Virus record (IMG/VR): IMGVR_UViG_2695420569_000027
Strand: one strand, 5' to 3'
DNA: 16,544 nucleotides
From: a virus
Lineage: Duplodnaviria; Heunggongvirae; Uroviricota; Caudoviricetes
The notes beneath the pieces are model-generated. The model was not told the origin of the DNA and did not search any database. It saw nothing but the letters and a program-made list of their open reading frames with translations. Of the stretch, positions 1 through 8,268 are shown piece by piece. The translations under genes and the position numbers were made by a program. Numbering within the stretch: the stretch's first letter is position 1; every line of letters begins with the position of its first letter.

Positions 1-243
1 TCAGAAGTGACCGTCCAGGCGGTCACCGAACTCGATAATAAAGCGGCTCATTGCCATACGCCAGTCCCGCAGTGGCATCGTCCATTTCTGTGAAGCCGCC
101 TGGATTGCCAGCCACACGACCTTTTTCACTGAGTCATCCGTCGGGAACACCTTGCGTTTTTTGATGGCATGCCGGATTACGCTGTTCAGCGACTCGATGG
201 CGTTGGTTGTGTAGATGACTAGACTGGCCCCCTGAATCTCCAG
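1..243 (-). pseudogene. IS256-family (Mutator-type) transposase, 3'-terminal fragment; 5' part missing
   Basis: Minus-strand ORF ending at base 1; the C-terminal ~70 aa (YTTNAIESLNSVIRHAIKKRKVFPTDDSVKKVVWLAIQAASQKWTMPLRDWRMAMSRFIIEFGDRL) look like the conserved C-terminus of IS256-family transposases. The N-terminal 47 aa of the track ORF are low-complexity read-through. Fragment boundary is approximate. Confidence 0.55.
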
Positions 244-310
244 ACAACCAGTATCACTTAAATAAGTGATAGTCTTAATACTAGTTTTTAGACTAGTCAT
301 TGGAGAACAG

Positions 311-493
311 ATGATTGATGTCTTAGGGCCGGAGAAACGCAGACGGCGTACCACACAGGAAAAGATCGCAATTGTTCAGCAGAGCTTTGAACCGGGGATG
401 ACGGTCTCCCTCGTTGCCCGGCAACATGGTGTAGCAGCCAGCCAGTTATTTCTCTGGCGTAAGCAATACCAGGAAGGAAGTCTTACACATTGA
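311..493 (+). pseudogene. IS66-family accessory protein TnpA (orfA), 3'-truncated
   Basis: From the internal Met: [59 protein letters not shown], which matches my recollection of IS66/ISEc8-type orfA N-terminal halves. GGAG lies upstream of the ATG at 311. The reading frame stops 2 codons after the point where phoP sequence begins, so only ~60 of ~120 codons remain. Confidence 0.55.
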
Positions 494-593
494 TGTACTG
501 ATGGGACGTCTGCGCAAAAAAATTCAGGCACAATATCCGCAAGAAGTGATTACTACCGTTCGCGGCCAGGGCTATTTGTTCGAATTGCGCTGA
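488..593 (+). pseudogene. phoP: phoP 3'-terminal remnant (last ~35 codons of the PhoP response regulator)
   Basis: Codons 501-590 translate to [30 protein letters not shown] followed by TGA. This is the OmpR-family winged-helix C-terminus of PhoP, and its stop overlaps the phoQ ATG (ATGA at 591-595) as in the native operon. No receiver domain is present upstream. Confidence 0.75.
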
Positions 594-2053
594 TGAAAAA
601 ATTACTGCGTCTTTTTTTCCCGCTCTCACTGCGGGTACGTTTTCTGTTGGCAACGGCTGCGGTAGTACTGGTGCTTTCGCTTGCCTACGGAATGGTCGCG
701 CTGATCGGTTATAGCGTCAGTTTCGATAAAACTACGTTTCGGCTGTTACGTGGCGAGAGCAATCTGTTCTATACCCTTGCGAAGTGGGAAAACAATAAGT
801 TGCATGTCGAGTTACCCGAAAATATCGACAAGCAAAGCCCCACCATGACGCTAATTTATGATGAGAACGGGCAGCTTTTATGGGCGCAACGTGACGTGCC
901 CTGGCTGATGAAGATGATCCAGCCTGACTGGCTGAAATCGAATGGTTTTCATGAAATTGAAGCGGATGTTAACGATACCAGCCTCTTGCTGAGTGGAGAT
1001 CATTCGATACAGCAACAGTTGCAGGAAGTGCGGGAAGATGATGACGACGCGGAGATGACCCACTCGGTGGCAGTAAACGTCTACCCGGCAACATCGCGGA
1101 TGCCAAAATTAACCATTGTGGTGGTGGATACCATTCCGGTGGAGCTAAAAAGTTCCTATATGGTCTGGAGCTGGTTTATCTATGTGCTCTCAGCCAATCT
1201 GCTGTTAGTGATCCCGCTGCTGTGGGTCGCCGCCTGGTGGAGTTTACGCCCCATCGAAGCCCTGGCAAAAGAAGTCCGCGAACTGGAAGAACATAACCGC
1301 GAATTGCTCAATCCAGCCACAACGCGAGAACTGACCAGTCTGGTACGAAACCTGAACCGATTGTTAAAAAGTGAACGCGAACGTTACGACAAATACCGTA
1401 CGACGCTCACCGACCTGACCCATAGTCTGAAAACGCCACTGGCGGTGCTGCAAAGTACGCTGCGTTCTCTGCGTAGTGAAAAGATGAGCGTCAGTGATGC
1501 TGAGCCGGTAATGCTGGAGCAAATCAGCCGCATTTCACAGCAAATTGGCTACTACCTGCATCGTGCCAGTATGCGCGGCGGGACATTGCTCAGCCGCGAG
1601 CTGCATCCGGTCGCCCCACTGCTGGACAATCTCACCTCAGCGCTGAACAAAGTGTATCAACGCAAAGGGGTCAATATCTCTCTCGATATTTCGCCAGAGA
1701 TCAGCTTTGTCGGTGAGCAGAACGATTTTGTCGAGGTGATGGGCAACGTGCTGGATAATGCCTGTAAATATTGCCTCGAGTTTGTCGAAATTTCTGCAAG
1801 GCAAACCGACGAGCATCTCTATATTGTGGTCGAGGATGATGGCCCCGGTATTCCATTAAGCAAGCGAGAGGTCATTTTCGACCGTGGTCAACGGGTTGAT
1901 ACTTTACGCCCTGGGCAAGGTGTAGGGCTGGCGGTAGCCCGCGAAATCACCGAGCAATATGAGGGTAAAATCGTCGCCGGAGAGAGCATGCTGGGCGGTG
2001 CGCGGATGGAGGTGATTTTTAGTCGCCAGCATTCTGCGCCGAAAGATGAATAA
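593..2053 (+). CDS. phoQ: Sensor histidine kinase PhoQ
   Basis: 486-aa ORF with two transmembrane segments, a periplasmic acidic patch (EDDDDAE), a HAMP region, the H-box ([11 protein letters not shown]) and HATPase N/G boxes ([24 protein letters not shown]). It matches E. coli PhoQ essentially end to end. Confidence 0.97.
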   Translation: MKKLLRLFFPLSLRVRFLLATAAVVLVLSLAYGMVALIGYSVSFDKTTFRLLRGESNLFYTLAKWENNKLHVELPENIDKQSPTMTLIYDENGQLLWAQRDVPWLMKMIQPDWLKSNGFHEIEADVNDTSLLLSGDHSIQQQLQEVREDDDDAEMTHSVAVNVYPATSRMPKLTIVVVDTIPVELKSSYMVWSWFIYVLSANLLLVIPLLWVAAWWSLRPIEALAKEVRELEEHNRELLNPATTRELTSLVRNLNRLLKSERERYDKYRTTLTDLTHSLKTPLAVLQSTLRSLRSEKMSVSDAEPVMLEQISRISQQIGYYLHRASMRGGTLLSRELHPVAPLLDNLTSALNKVYQRKGVNISLDISPEISFVGEQNDFVEVMGNVLDNACKYCLEFVEISARQTDEHLYIVVEDDGPGIPLSKREVIFDRGQRVDTLRPGQGVGLAVAREITEQYEGKIVAGESMLGGARMEVIFSRQHSAPKDE

Positions 2054-2176
2054 ATATGTCCTTTTATCACCACACCAAGACAAGCCATTGATTTAATTAA
2101 ATAATCTTCACTGAAAAAAGTGCCAAAAATCGCAAATTGACTACACCATTAACTACACCGTTCGGTGCACCGTATG

Positions 2177-2202
2177 AAACAACGTGGAACAAATAGACAC
2201 AA
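2177..2202. repeat. Three GAACAA-type hexamers phased at 10 bp (site C), near the island's left end
   Basis: aaacaa at 2177, gaacaa at 2187, acacaa at 2197. The 15-mer aacaacgtggaacaa (2178-2192) is identical to 9642-9656. Confidence 0.35.
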
Positions 2203-2515
2203 GAAATATACAGGCGGATCATCTTTCCAGGGGGAAGCGCACCAATTCATGAGGGGCGTTAATGTCTATATGGGGATCCCCACCTACCGGAATTTTTTTC
2301 CGGTTAAACGTTAATCAGGCTGGTGGGCTTTACCTGTTCGGTAGGTGTTATGATTATCGTAATACCTTTCCCCCAATGGGGTAAAAGCATCAACCGTAAC
2401 GAAAGTCGTTATGGTTGCCACTGATACCCCAAATTTGGGTATCACGAGTAAGCCCCAAAATCTGGGTGTTACTCTTACTACCCAAACTACGGGTAGTTTC
2501 CGTAGTTTCATGGTC

Positions 2516-2535
2516 GAGTTGCAGATCTGCAACTC
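2516..2535. repeat. Perfect 20-bp palindrome GAGTTGCAGATCTGCAACTC
   Basis: Direct reading; the second half is the reverse complement of the first. It sits in a palindrome-dense non-coding stretch (2270-2640). Confidence 0.6.
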
Positions 2536-2789
2536 CCCCATTAACCACAGGCGAATTTCCGCCTTCGGTCATTCCTTAATCATCTGCGTAATCATAATGA
2601 TTATTCAGCAAGCGCAATTTTGCGCTTTGCTTAAAGTTCAGCGAGTTACCGCGCCGACTTCCTCAAATTGAGGTTTCCGAAAATATCAGCGGGTTAGCGA
2701 TTAAGCTGACCATTAATTAAACTGCGAAAATGTCGTAGTTGTGAGGGGTGTAGCCAACCCATTTTTGGGCCGTCGGGAATATCAACCAG

Positions 2790-3071
2790 TTACCGCCGCA
2801 ACCGCTCCGGCTTCTTCCAGTGGTACGTTATTTTCTCCTTCTCCCGATACATCTCCACGCGGCGACGGTAGGCCAGCAACTCAAGAACTCTGGTTCGTAT
2901 GTTGCGCATATCCACGCCATTAAGTTCTATACCATCACGGCGCATCACCTCAGCAACAACACGCGCATAGTTTTCGGCTGTCACGCTGTCCGGCTGCGTG
3001 GCCTGTTCGTCAGCCTGCTGGCTGATTCCGGCAACGCGGCGGATTAATCCCGTTATTTCGGCTTCTGTCAT
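2790..3071 (-). CDS. Hypothetical protein (93 aa) immediately downstream of terL
   Basis: ATG at 3071 with GAGG about 9 nt upstream; 13-nt gap after the terL stop. No family recognised. Confidence 0.4.
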   Translation of the reverse strand: MTEAEITGLIRRVAGISQQADEQATQPDSVTAENYARVVAEVMRRDGIELNGVDMRNIRTRVLELLAYRRRVEMYREKEKITYHWKKPERLRR

Positions 3072-3084
3072 GCTGCTGACCTCA

Positions 3085-4746
3085 TTACACCCCGCTAAAT
3101 TCTTCCAGTTTCTGGCGGTGGCTGTCGCTTATATCAAAAGCAAAATCCTCATGCTCTGCCTGGAATGTACCAAACGCCATCAGCGCCGCCACGCTCGGGT
3201 CTATCTTGTTCGGTGATTTTTTCTTGTTCGGCTTGATATTGGCGTTCGCGTCACTCTGCATCACGACGTTACTCATCGACCAGGACAACACCGGATCGCC
3301 ACGATGCACAATCACCCTGCGGTTAACAAAAACTTCGAACGATTTCGCCGCCGGACTGAATCTGAGGTAGGTTTGCGGGAACGGCTCCACCTCAAAACCT
3401 GCCCCCTGTAATTGCGTTCTGAGATGCGTGGCGTTCCACGTATCAAAGCCCACCAGCCTGATATTAAATTTCTCCGCGTCCTGCATGATGTCATCTCTGA
3501 TCCGGTCGTAATCAATGCAGTCGCCAGGCGTTGTGCGTATCCAGCCTGCTTTAGCCCACTGACGATAGATGGCGCGGTTTTTATTGGCGGGGTTCTGTAG
3601 CTGGAACTCCGGCAGATAATGACGGGAAACCAGCATAATGGTTTTACCTACCGGAAAGGCATAGCACACGCTGGAAATATCGCTTGTGGATGATAAATCC
3701 AGCCCCGCGTAACACTCCTGGCCGTGTAAATCTTCCTCCGTGAACGTTCCGGCACACTCAGCCCATGCGCCGTTACCCATCCACGGGGTAGTCCCCTGAC
3801 ACCAGATATTAAATCGCTTTGTCATCATCTCCACCCACTGCGACGGAATACCCCGCGCTTTCTGGATGGTTGAGGCCAGTTTTTCACGATCCACGGAAAC
3901 ATCAATATTAGGGTTCGCCTTTATCCACATCGCCGGATCATCAACCTCGTTTTCGTCGTCCAGTTCGTAAATCAGTACAAAAATTGAATCGTTAACCTCT
4001 TCGCCGTCCAGGATCTGGCAGCAATAATCATAGTGCTGCTTACAGGCTGAAACGACGTTGCTGCCTGATGTGGTAATGGCAAATAACAGCCCTTCGGGAC
4101 GTGCGCCCATCCCCAGCTCAAGCGCGGAATAAACGCCGTTATCGGGGTGCAAGTGGTATTCGTCCACGATGGAAAGGCTGGGGTTTGTTCCCTCGATGGT
4201 TGCCGCTTTTGCTGCCAGCGGCTTTAACAGGCTGTTGCTTTTCGGGTGTATCACCTTATGCGCCTGAATATTCACCCGCCTGCGTAACGGTCGGGATAAA
4301 AGGCACATCTGACGCGCATCATCAAAGACGATCCGCGCCTGGTCACGGCTCACCGCTGCGGTGTAGATATCCTGCTGACCGTTCTCCATAATCAGAAACC
4401 AGTTAGCCAGAATCGCGGCGGTCGTTGATTTCGCATTTTTGCGCGGCACTTCGATAAAGGCGCTCGTATATTTGCGCCGTCCGGTGGCCTTAACCTTAAA
4501 GCCGAGGATGCACGCAAAGGCGAACTGCTGCCACGGCTCCAGCTCAATGGGTCTGCCACGCATCGGCCCTTTTACGTGCGGGCACACCCTGGAAAAGGCA
4601 ATAAACCGATCCACAACCTCACGATCGAACGTGTAAAGGGGGCTTTTAAGGTCCGAAAAGTACCGTTTAACGGCCTGTTTCAGCCGTTTACAGGCCGGAA
4701 TTTTGCCCGTTTTTACGTCTTCTGCGTACTTATTCCAGGCGGTCAA
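3085..4746 (-). CDS. terL: Terminase large subunit (TerL), HK97-like
   Basis: 553 aa; N-terminal ATPase with a Walker A-like motif (VPRKNAKST) and a C-terminal nuclease region typical of Terminase_1-type TerL. The start is TTG at 4746 with GAGGA 5 nt upstream, overlapping the terS 3' end by 17 nt. Confidence 0.92.
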   Translation of the reverse strand: MTAWNKYAEDVKTGKIPACKRLKQAVKRYFSDLKSPLYTFDREVVDRFIAFSRVCPHVKGPMRGRPIELEPWQQFAFACILGFKVKATGRRKYTSAFIEVPRKNAKSTTAAILANWFLIMENGQQDIYTAAVSRDQARIVFDDARQMCLLSRPLRRRVNIQAHKVIHPKSNSLLKPLAAKAATIEGTNPSLSIVDEYHLHPDNGVYSALELGMGARPEGLLFAITTSGSNVVSACKQHYDYCCQILDGEEVNDSIFVLIYELDDENEVDDPAMWIKANPNIDVSVDREKLASTIQKARGIPSQWVEMMTKRFNIWCQGTTPWMGNGAWAECAGTFTEEDLHGQECYAGLDLSSTSDISSVCYAFPVGKTIMLVSRHYLPEFQLQNPANKNRAIYRQWAKAGWIRTTPGDCIDYDRIRDDIMQDAEKFNIRLVGFDTWNATHLRTQLQGAGFEVEPFPQTYLRFSPAAKSFEVFVNRRVIVHRGDPVLSWSMSNVVMQSDANANIKPNKKKSPNKIDPSVAALMAFGTFQAEHEDFAFDISDSHRQKLEEFSGV

Positions 4747-5086
4747 GCTCGTCCTCTTCTTCTGTTTCCGGTGGATTTTTACGGCGGCTTATCGGGTCAA
4801 AACCGAGCAAGGAGGCCATTTTTATCATCACTCTTTCCGCGTCGGATTTCGCGCTTAATGCGGGGTTTCTGCTCTCTCCGCCCTGACTGTTAACAATGCT
4901 GAACCCGCGCGCCGCAAGGTCTGCGACGGCTTTCCGGTATATCGAGTAATTGACGCAATACAGTTCCAGATTGCTCCAGTCGGCGGGAGTCAGGTCACCC
5001 CGTTCCGCAAGCTGCCGCGATTTTTCCCGCCACTGCTTCACGGCGATATCATCCAGGTAGGCGGGGGCTTTCGGTGGTCTTGCCAT
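4730..5086 (-). CDS. terS: Terminase small subunit (TerS), P27-family-like
   Basis: 118 aa, acidic C-terminus; the position directly upstream of and overlapping terL, and the sequence character, fit phage P27-family small terminases. Confidence 0.8.
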   Translation of the reverse strand: MARPPKAPAYLDDIAVKQWREKSRQLAERGDLTPADWSNLELYCVNYSIYRKAVADLAARGFSIVNSQGGESRNPALSAKSDAERVMIKMASLLGFDPISRRKNPPETEEEDELDRLE

Positions 5087-5089
5087 GCT

Positions 5090-5375
5090 TATTTTTTCGC
5101 CAGATTATTTTTCAAAAAATTCCCGTGCATAAAAATTTGAGGAGGCGGTCGGTGCCCGGCGGGGTCGGGTTTGTCCTGAAAACGCCCCCCACCCCGTCAT
5201 ACAGCCTCATCAGCGATTGCGGAAACATTCCATAACCTCGCGGTCACGGTCGGTTAATCGCTTCGCTGTGATGCGTTCTGCGCATCCTGACGCTTTATCT
5301 TTATGCCCTGTTTCCTGTGTCTTCCATGCGTCACGCTGCCTTATAAGTCCACGGATAAGGCGGTTTTGTTCCCGC
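5090..5375. other. Candidate cos / packaging-initiation region between HNH and terS
   Basis: A 290-bp non-coding gap with a GC-rich core (gaggaggcggtcggtgcccggcggggtcgggtttgtcc, ~5139-5177) flanked by AT-rich tracts. HK97-type cos phages place cos upstream of terS and need the adjacent HNH nuclease. This is inference only. Confidence 0.3.
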
Positions 5376-5816
5376 TCATTCATCAGCGTCATACATCCAG
5401 TTATTGCGGTTAGCGGCCCGTTCTTCCTCTTCACGAAATCCACCTGCGGCACGCTTACTTTTTGTTGCCGGATCAAGCCATTTCGTTTTCTGGTTATGGC
5501 ACGCCTGACACAATGGTTGATGGTTCCATTCGGGCCAGAAGAGAACATCATCACCGCCATTAATCGGGATAATGTGATCCACCACCACGGCGGGCGTATA
5601 TATCCCCTTCTCAAGGCATCGCACGCATAACGGGTTTTTACTCAGATACATGGCGCGGTATTTGTCCCACTGTCTGGAGTACCCACGCGCGCGGCGGTGT
5701 CCTCGTCTGGCATCCTCTGCACGCCATGCCGCCCGCCTGTGCTCCTCACACTTGCCGGACTTCACGCGCCTGTTACAGCCTGGTTCTGTGCATCGTCTTA
5801 ATGGTTGCCACGGCAT
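5376..5816 (-). CDS. HNH endonuclease (phage packaging-associated)
   Basis: 146 aa with Cys-rich zinc-binding motifs (CTEPGC, CVRC, CQAC) and the HNH core (VVVDHIIPINGG ... CHNQKT). The start overlaps the stop of the connector gene (TGATG). Confidence 0.88.
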   Translation of the reverse strand: MPWQPLRRCTEPGCNRRVKSGKCEEHRRAAWRAEDARRGHRRARGYSRQWDKYRAMYLSKNPLCVRCLEKGIYTPAVVVDHIIPINGGDDVLFWPEWNHQPLCQACHNQKTKWLDPATKSKRAAGGFREEEERAANRNNWMYDADE

Positions 5817-6112
5817 CAGTACACCCCCACATCACGGTAAGCCGTCCAGAGTGCACCAATCGTCATGGGTACGCGTGTTTTTGCGTTATCCGCGACAATC
5901 TGGCGATTTTCATACAGGTGAGCGATAAACATCATGCAGCCAATCTTTATGGCTGGCGTGAACTCCAGCCCGTCATCAAAGCGCCTGCCTATGTGTATCT
6001 GGCACGCCTCAAGCGATGCGGCAATGTATCCGCTGATTAACTGGTCTTCCTCGTCGCCATCGATGCGGCAATGGAGTTTCACTTCTTCCAGGGTGATAAG
6101 TTCTTCTGTCAT
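5816..6112 (-). CDS. Head-tail connector protein (gp6-like)
   Basis: 98 aa; the N-terminus LITLEEVKLHCRIDGDEED is typical of phage gp6-like head-tail connector (Phage_connect_1-type) proteins. ATGA overlap with the upstream gene. Confidence 0.7.
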   Translation of the reverse strand: MTEELITLEEVKLHCRIDGDEEDQLISGYIAASLEACQIHIGRRFDDGLEFTPAIKIGCMMFIAHLYENRQIVADNAKTRVPMTIGALWTAYRDVGVY

Positions 6113-6447
6113 TTTTCCGCGCCCTCACGACAAAGAATTTCAAGGCGTGTCCTGGCGGCATCCGGCAGCGGCTGCCCGATGATATTCAGTACACGCCCCG
6201 CCAGCGGCCCCGTATTGACCTTTATCCGGCTGGTGGCGTTGATGTCCTTCCTGTAGCGTATCCATACCCTTACCGTTCCAGTCGCCAGTTCTGCACCCGA
6301 TGAAATGGCCTCCTTGCTGCTGATCATGTTCACGCTTGCCCAGAGTGTGTGACCGTCCACCCACGTTTCGAGTATTTCGCCCGTCATGGCTCTGGTCTGT
6401 TTCAGGGTCTGAATCGTTACCCTGTCACGCAGTCGCCCTATGTTCAT
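6109..6447 (-). CDS. Head closure / head-tail adaptor protein (HK97 gp7-like)
   Basis: Start moved to the internal ATG at 6447 (MNIGRLRDRVTIQ...), which overlaps the portal stop (ATGA) and has GGGAGA about 10 nt upstream. Size and position fit a head-tail joining protein. Confidence 0.65.
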   Translation of the reverse strand: MNIGRLRDRVTIQTLKQTRAMTGEILETWVDGHTLWASVNMISSKEAISSGAELATGTVRVWIRYRKDINATSRIKVNTGPLAGRVLNIIGQPLPDAARTRLEILCREGAEK

Positions 6448-7655
6448 TCCGGTTTTTCTCCCTCGCTGATTTTTACTTCCTGTTTCCATGCCTGGCTGAA
6501 CTCATCACCACCATCACGCGGTGACAGTCCTTCACGTTCGCGGGCTTCGTTCGGACACATAACGCCGGATTTGATGCCGCGCTCATAGGTGGCAAAGCGT
6601 TCGCCAGGTGTGGCCCGTAACAGGTCCGCGCTGTCAAACTCCACCTGATACCGGATACCAGGTACAGGCGAGGCCACCAGCAGGGCGTTTTTTATCTGCT
6701 GCTCAAAGTTCGCCAGCCACGGGCGCATCGTCATGGTGAGAAATGCGCGGCTTGCCTCGCTGAAATTGCTGTAGGTGCTGTTGCTGTATTCCTGCAAAAA
6801 AATCGGCGAGACGTTGAACATTCTGGCGATGTCTTCAATGGTGAAGCGACGGGAGGCCAGCCATTCAGCATCCTGATTACTCATGCCCAGCTGCTGATAG
6901 CTCATACCCCCTTCAAGGATGGGCGTTTTTCCGGCGTTTCTGGCCCCTTTGTAGCGTTCCAGTGCGGCTAATGCCTGTTTGCCCTTCACGCCGTCCAGCC
7001 ATTCGCCTGACGTGATAACCCCTGCCGCCATCATGCCATCACGCATCACGCTCGCGCCGTGGCGTTGTTGGGCCAGCCCAAGCCCCAGCGATTCGCGGCA
7101 GATGGTTACAGGTGAGCGCCCCATAAAACCGTCATCCGTGGAGTAACGAAGGTGGAGAACCTCCCACGGTAAATAGTTGCGGGTGTTTCCGGTGTAGGCG
7201 TCAGTGATGCAGTAGCGCCAGTTATGCTCACCTGTCTGCTCAACGTTCACCGACTGCGGCGGGTAAGGATGCAAAGCGACCGGAAAACCATCACGCCCCC
7301 ACTGAATCACCGCATAAGCATTACCGTTTAACAGGCAGTGGCGGATCATCATTCGCTTAAACTGGTAGGGGGTTTGCCATGCGTTCGGGCGCTCGTTGAG
7401 GATGTGATCGACCGGATGAGAATCAAGCCACTCGCGGGCCTCCTTCCCCTTCTCATTGCGTACCAGGTACAGGTAACACGGCATGGTAGCCACCGCCTCA
7501 GAGATGACCGTCACGGCGTTCATGACGGCGGGCAGTGATTCCGCTGTCCCCGATGATACGTACTCACCCGCCCCCGTGTTCGATGTGCCAGCCAGCGCCA
7601 TAAACTCATCAAGCGTCATGCTGCGCTGCTCTTTTTTTCTTCTGAAAGGCCACAT
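6444..7655 (-). CDS. Portal protein, HK97 family
   Basis: 403 aa; its position between protease and adaptor and its sequence character fit HK97-family portals. Confidence 0.9.
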   Translation of the reverse strand: MWPFRRKKEQRSMTLDEFMALAGTSNTGAGEYVSSGTAESLPAVMNAVTVISEAVATMPCYLYLVRNEKGKEAREWLDSHPVDHILNERPNAWQTPYQFKRMMIRHCLLNGNAYAVIQWGRDGFPVALHPYPPQSVNVEQTGEHNWRYCITDAYTGNTRNYLPWEVLHLRYSTDDGFMGRSPVTICRESLGLGLAQQRHGASVMRDGMMAAGVITSGEWLDGVKGKQALAALERYKGARNAGKTPILEGGMSYQQLGMSNQDAEWLASRRFTIEDIARMFNVSPIFLQEYSNSTYSNFSEASRAFLTMTMRPWLANFEQQIKNALLVASPVPGIRYQVEFDSADLLRATPGERFATYERGIKSGVMCPNEAREREGLSPRDGGDEFSQAWKQEVKISEGEKPE

Positions 7656-7656
7656 A

Positions 7657-8229
7657 TCACCCCCCCGCTAAATCCGCCCACCAGCGGCGATTATCCGCAC
7701 GCGGCATTTTTTCGGGGTGCTGCTCATACAGGGAACGGCGGGCCAGCTCCACGTCGGAATCAGGGTAAGCCGGTACGGATGTGACGGTAATTTCGTACAG
7801 TTCCGCCACCAGCACGGTGCGCACGCATGGATCTGTTGTGGTATCCCATACATCCTTACGGGAACGAAAGCCAAAGCTCATGCCGGATATATCACCTCGT
7901 TTAACCAGTTCGATAACGTCGCGCCCTGTACTGGTATCCGGTGGGGTCAGTTCAAAGCGTAACCCTGTTTCGTCCTCTTCCAGTTTCAGCGTGCCGGAAC
8001 GGGTGCGCCCCAGTAACATGCTGTGGTCATGCTCATACAGGCCGCGAACGTCATTACCCGCCGCAAGCCATTCAGTAAACGCCCCCCGCTGGAATTTTTC
8101 GTAAAACTCACCCCATAACAGTTCTGAAAGCTTATCCCAGCGAACAATGTAGCCCGTCAGCGTACCGGCTCCGCTGGTGGTGATTTCCGATGACCGGATT
8201 TCCATACTCTTCATAATTTTTTCACCCAT
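7657..8229 (-). CDS. Prohead maturation protease, HK97 family (S78/U35)
   Basis: 190 aa with the GMSFGF motif region typical of HK97 prohead proteases. The start may instead be the ATG at 8214, which has GGTGA upstream. Confidence 0.88.
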   Translation of the reverse strand: MGEKIMKSMEIRSSEITTSGAGTLTGYIVRWDKLSELLWGEFYEKFQRGAFTEWLAAGNDVRGLYEHDHSMLLGRTRSGTLKLEEDETGLRFELTPPDTSTGRDVIELVKRGDISGMSFGFRSRKDVWDTTTDPCVRTVLVAELYEITVTSVPAYPDSDVELARRSLYEQHPEKMPRADNRRWWADLAGG

Positions 8230-8231
8230 AA

Positions 8232-8258
8232 AACACTAAAGGGGCTTTTAAGCCCCTT
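8232..8258 (-). terminator. Stem-loop between capsid and protease genes (possible partial terminator / attenuator)
   Basis: An 8-bp stem (8239-8246 pairs with 8251-8258, core ggggct/agcccc) with loop ttta, followed on the minus strand by UAGUGUUUUAUGGG. Confidence 0.35.
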
Positions 8259-8268
8259 CTGTATGCTA

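Noticed and set aside
878-2088. Minus-strand ORFs of 61 and 66 aa inside phoQ
   Set aside because: Antisense to a high-confidence gene.
2054-2790. tRNA or tmRNA gene as the integration target
   Set aside because: No T-loop-like GGTTCGAATCC motif (either strand) or cloverleaf-compatible segment was found by eye; a proper tRNA scan would be needed to be certain.
2311-2923. Short ORFs on both strands in the left-end region (76, 60, 86, 60 aa)
   Set aside because: They are translated from the palindrome array, so mirror ORFs appear on both strands; no ribosome-binding sites or protein-like composition.
5210-5630. Overlapping 134-aa (-) and 137-aa (+) ORFs
   Set aside because: Both overlap the well-supported HNH gene and the putative cos region in other frames, with no recognisable domain or ribosome-binding site.
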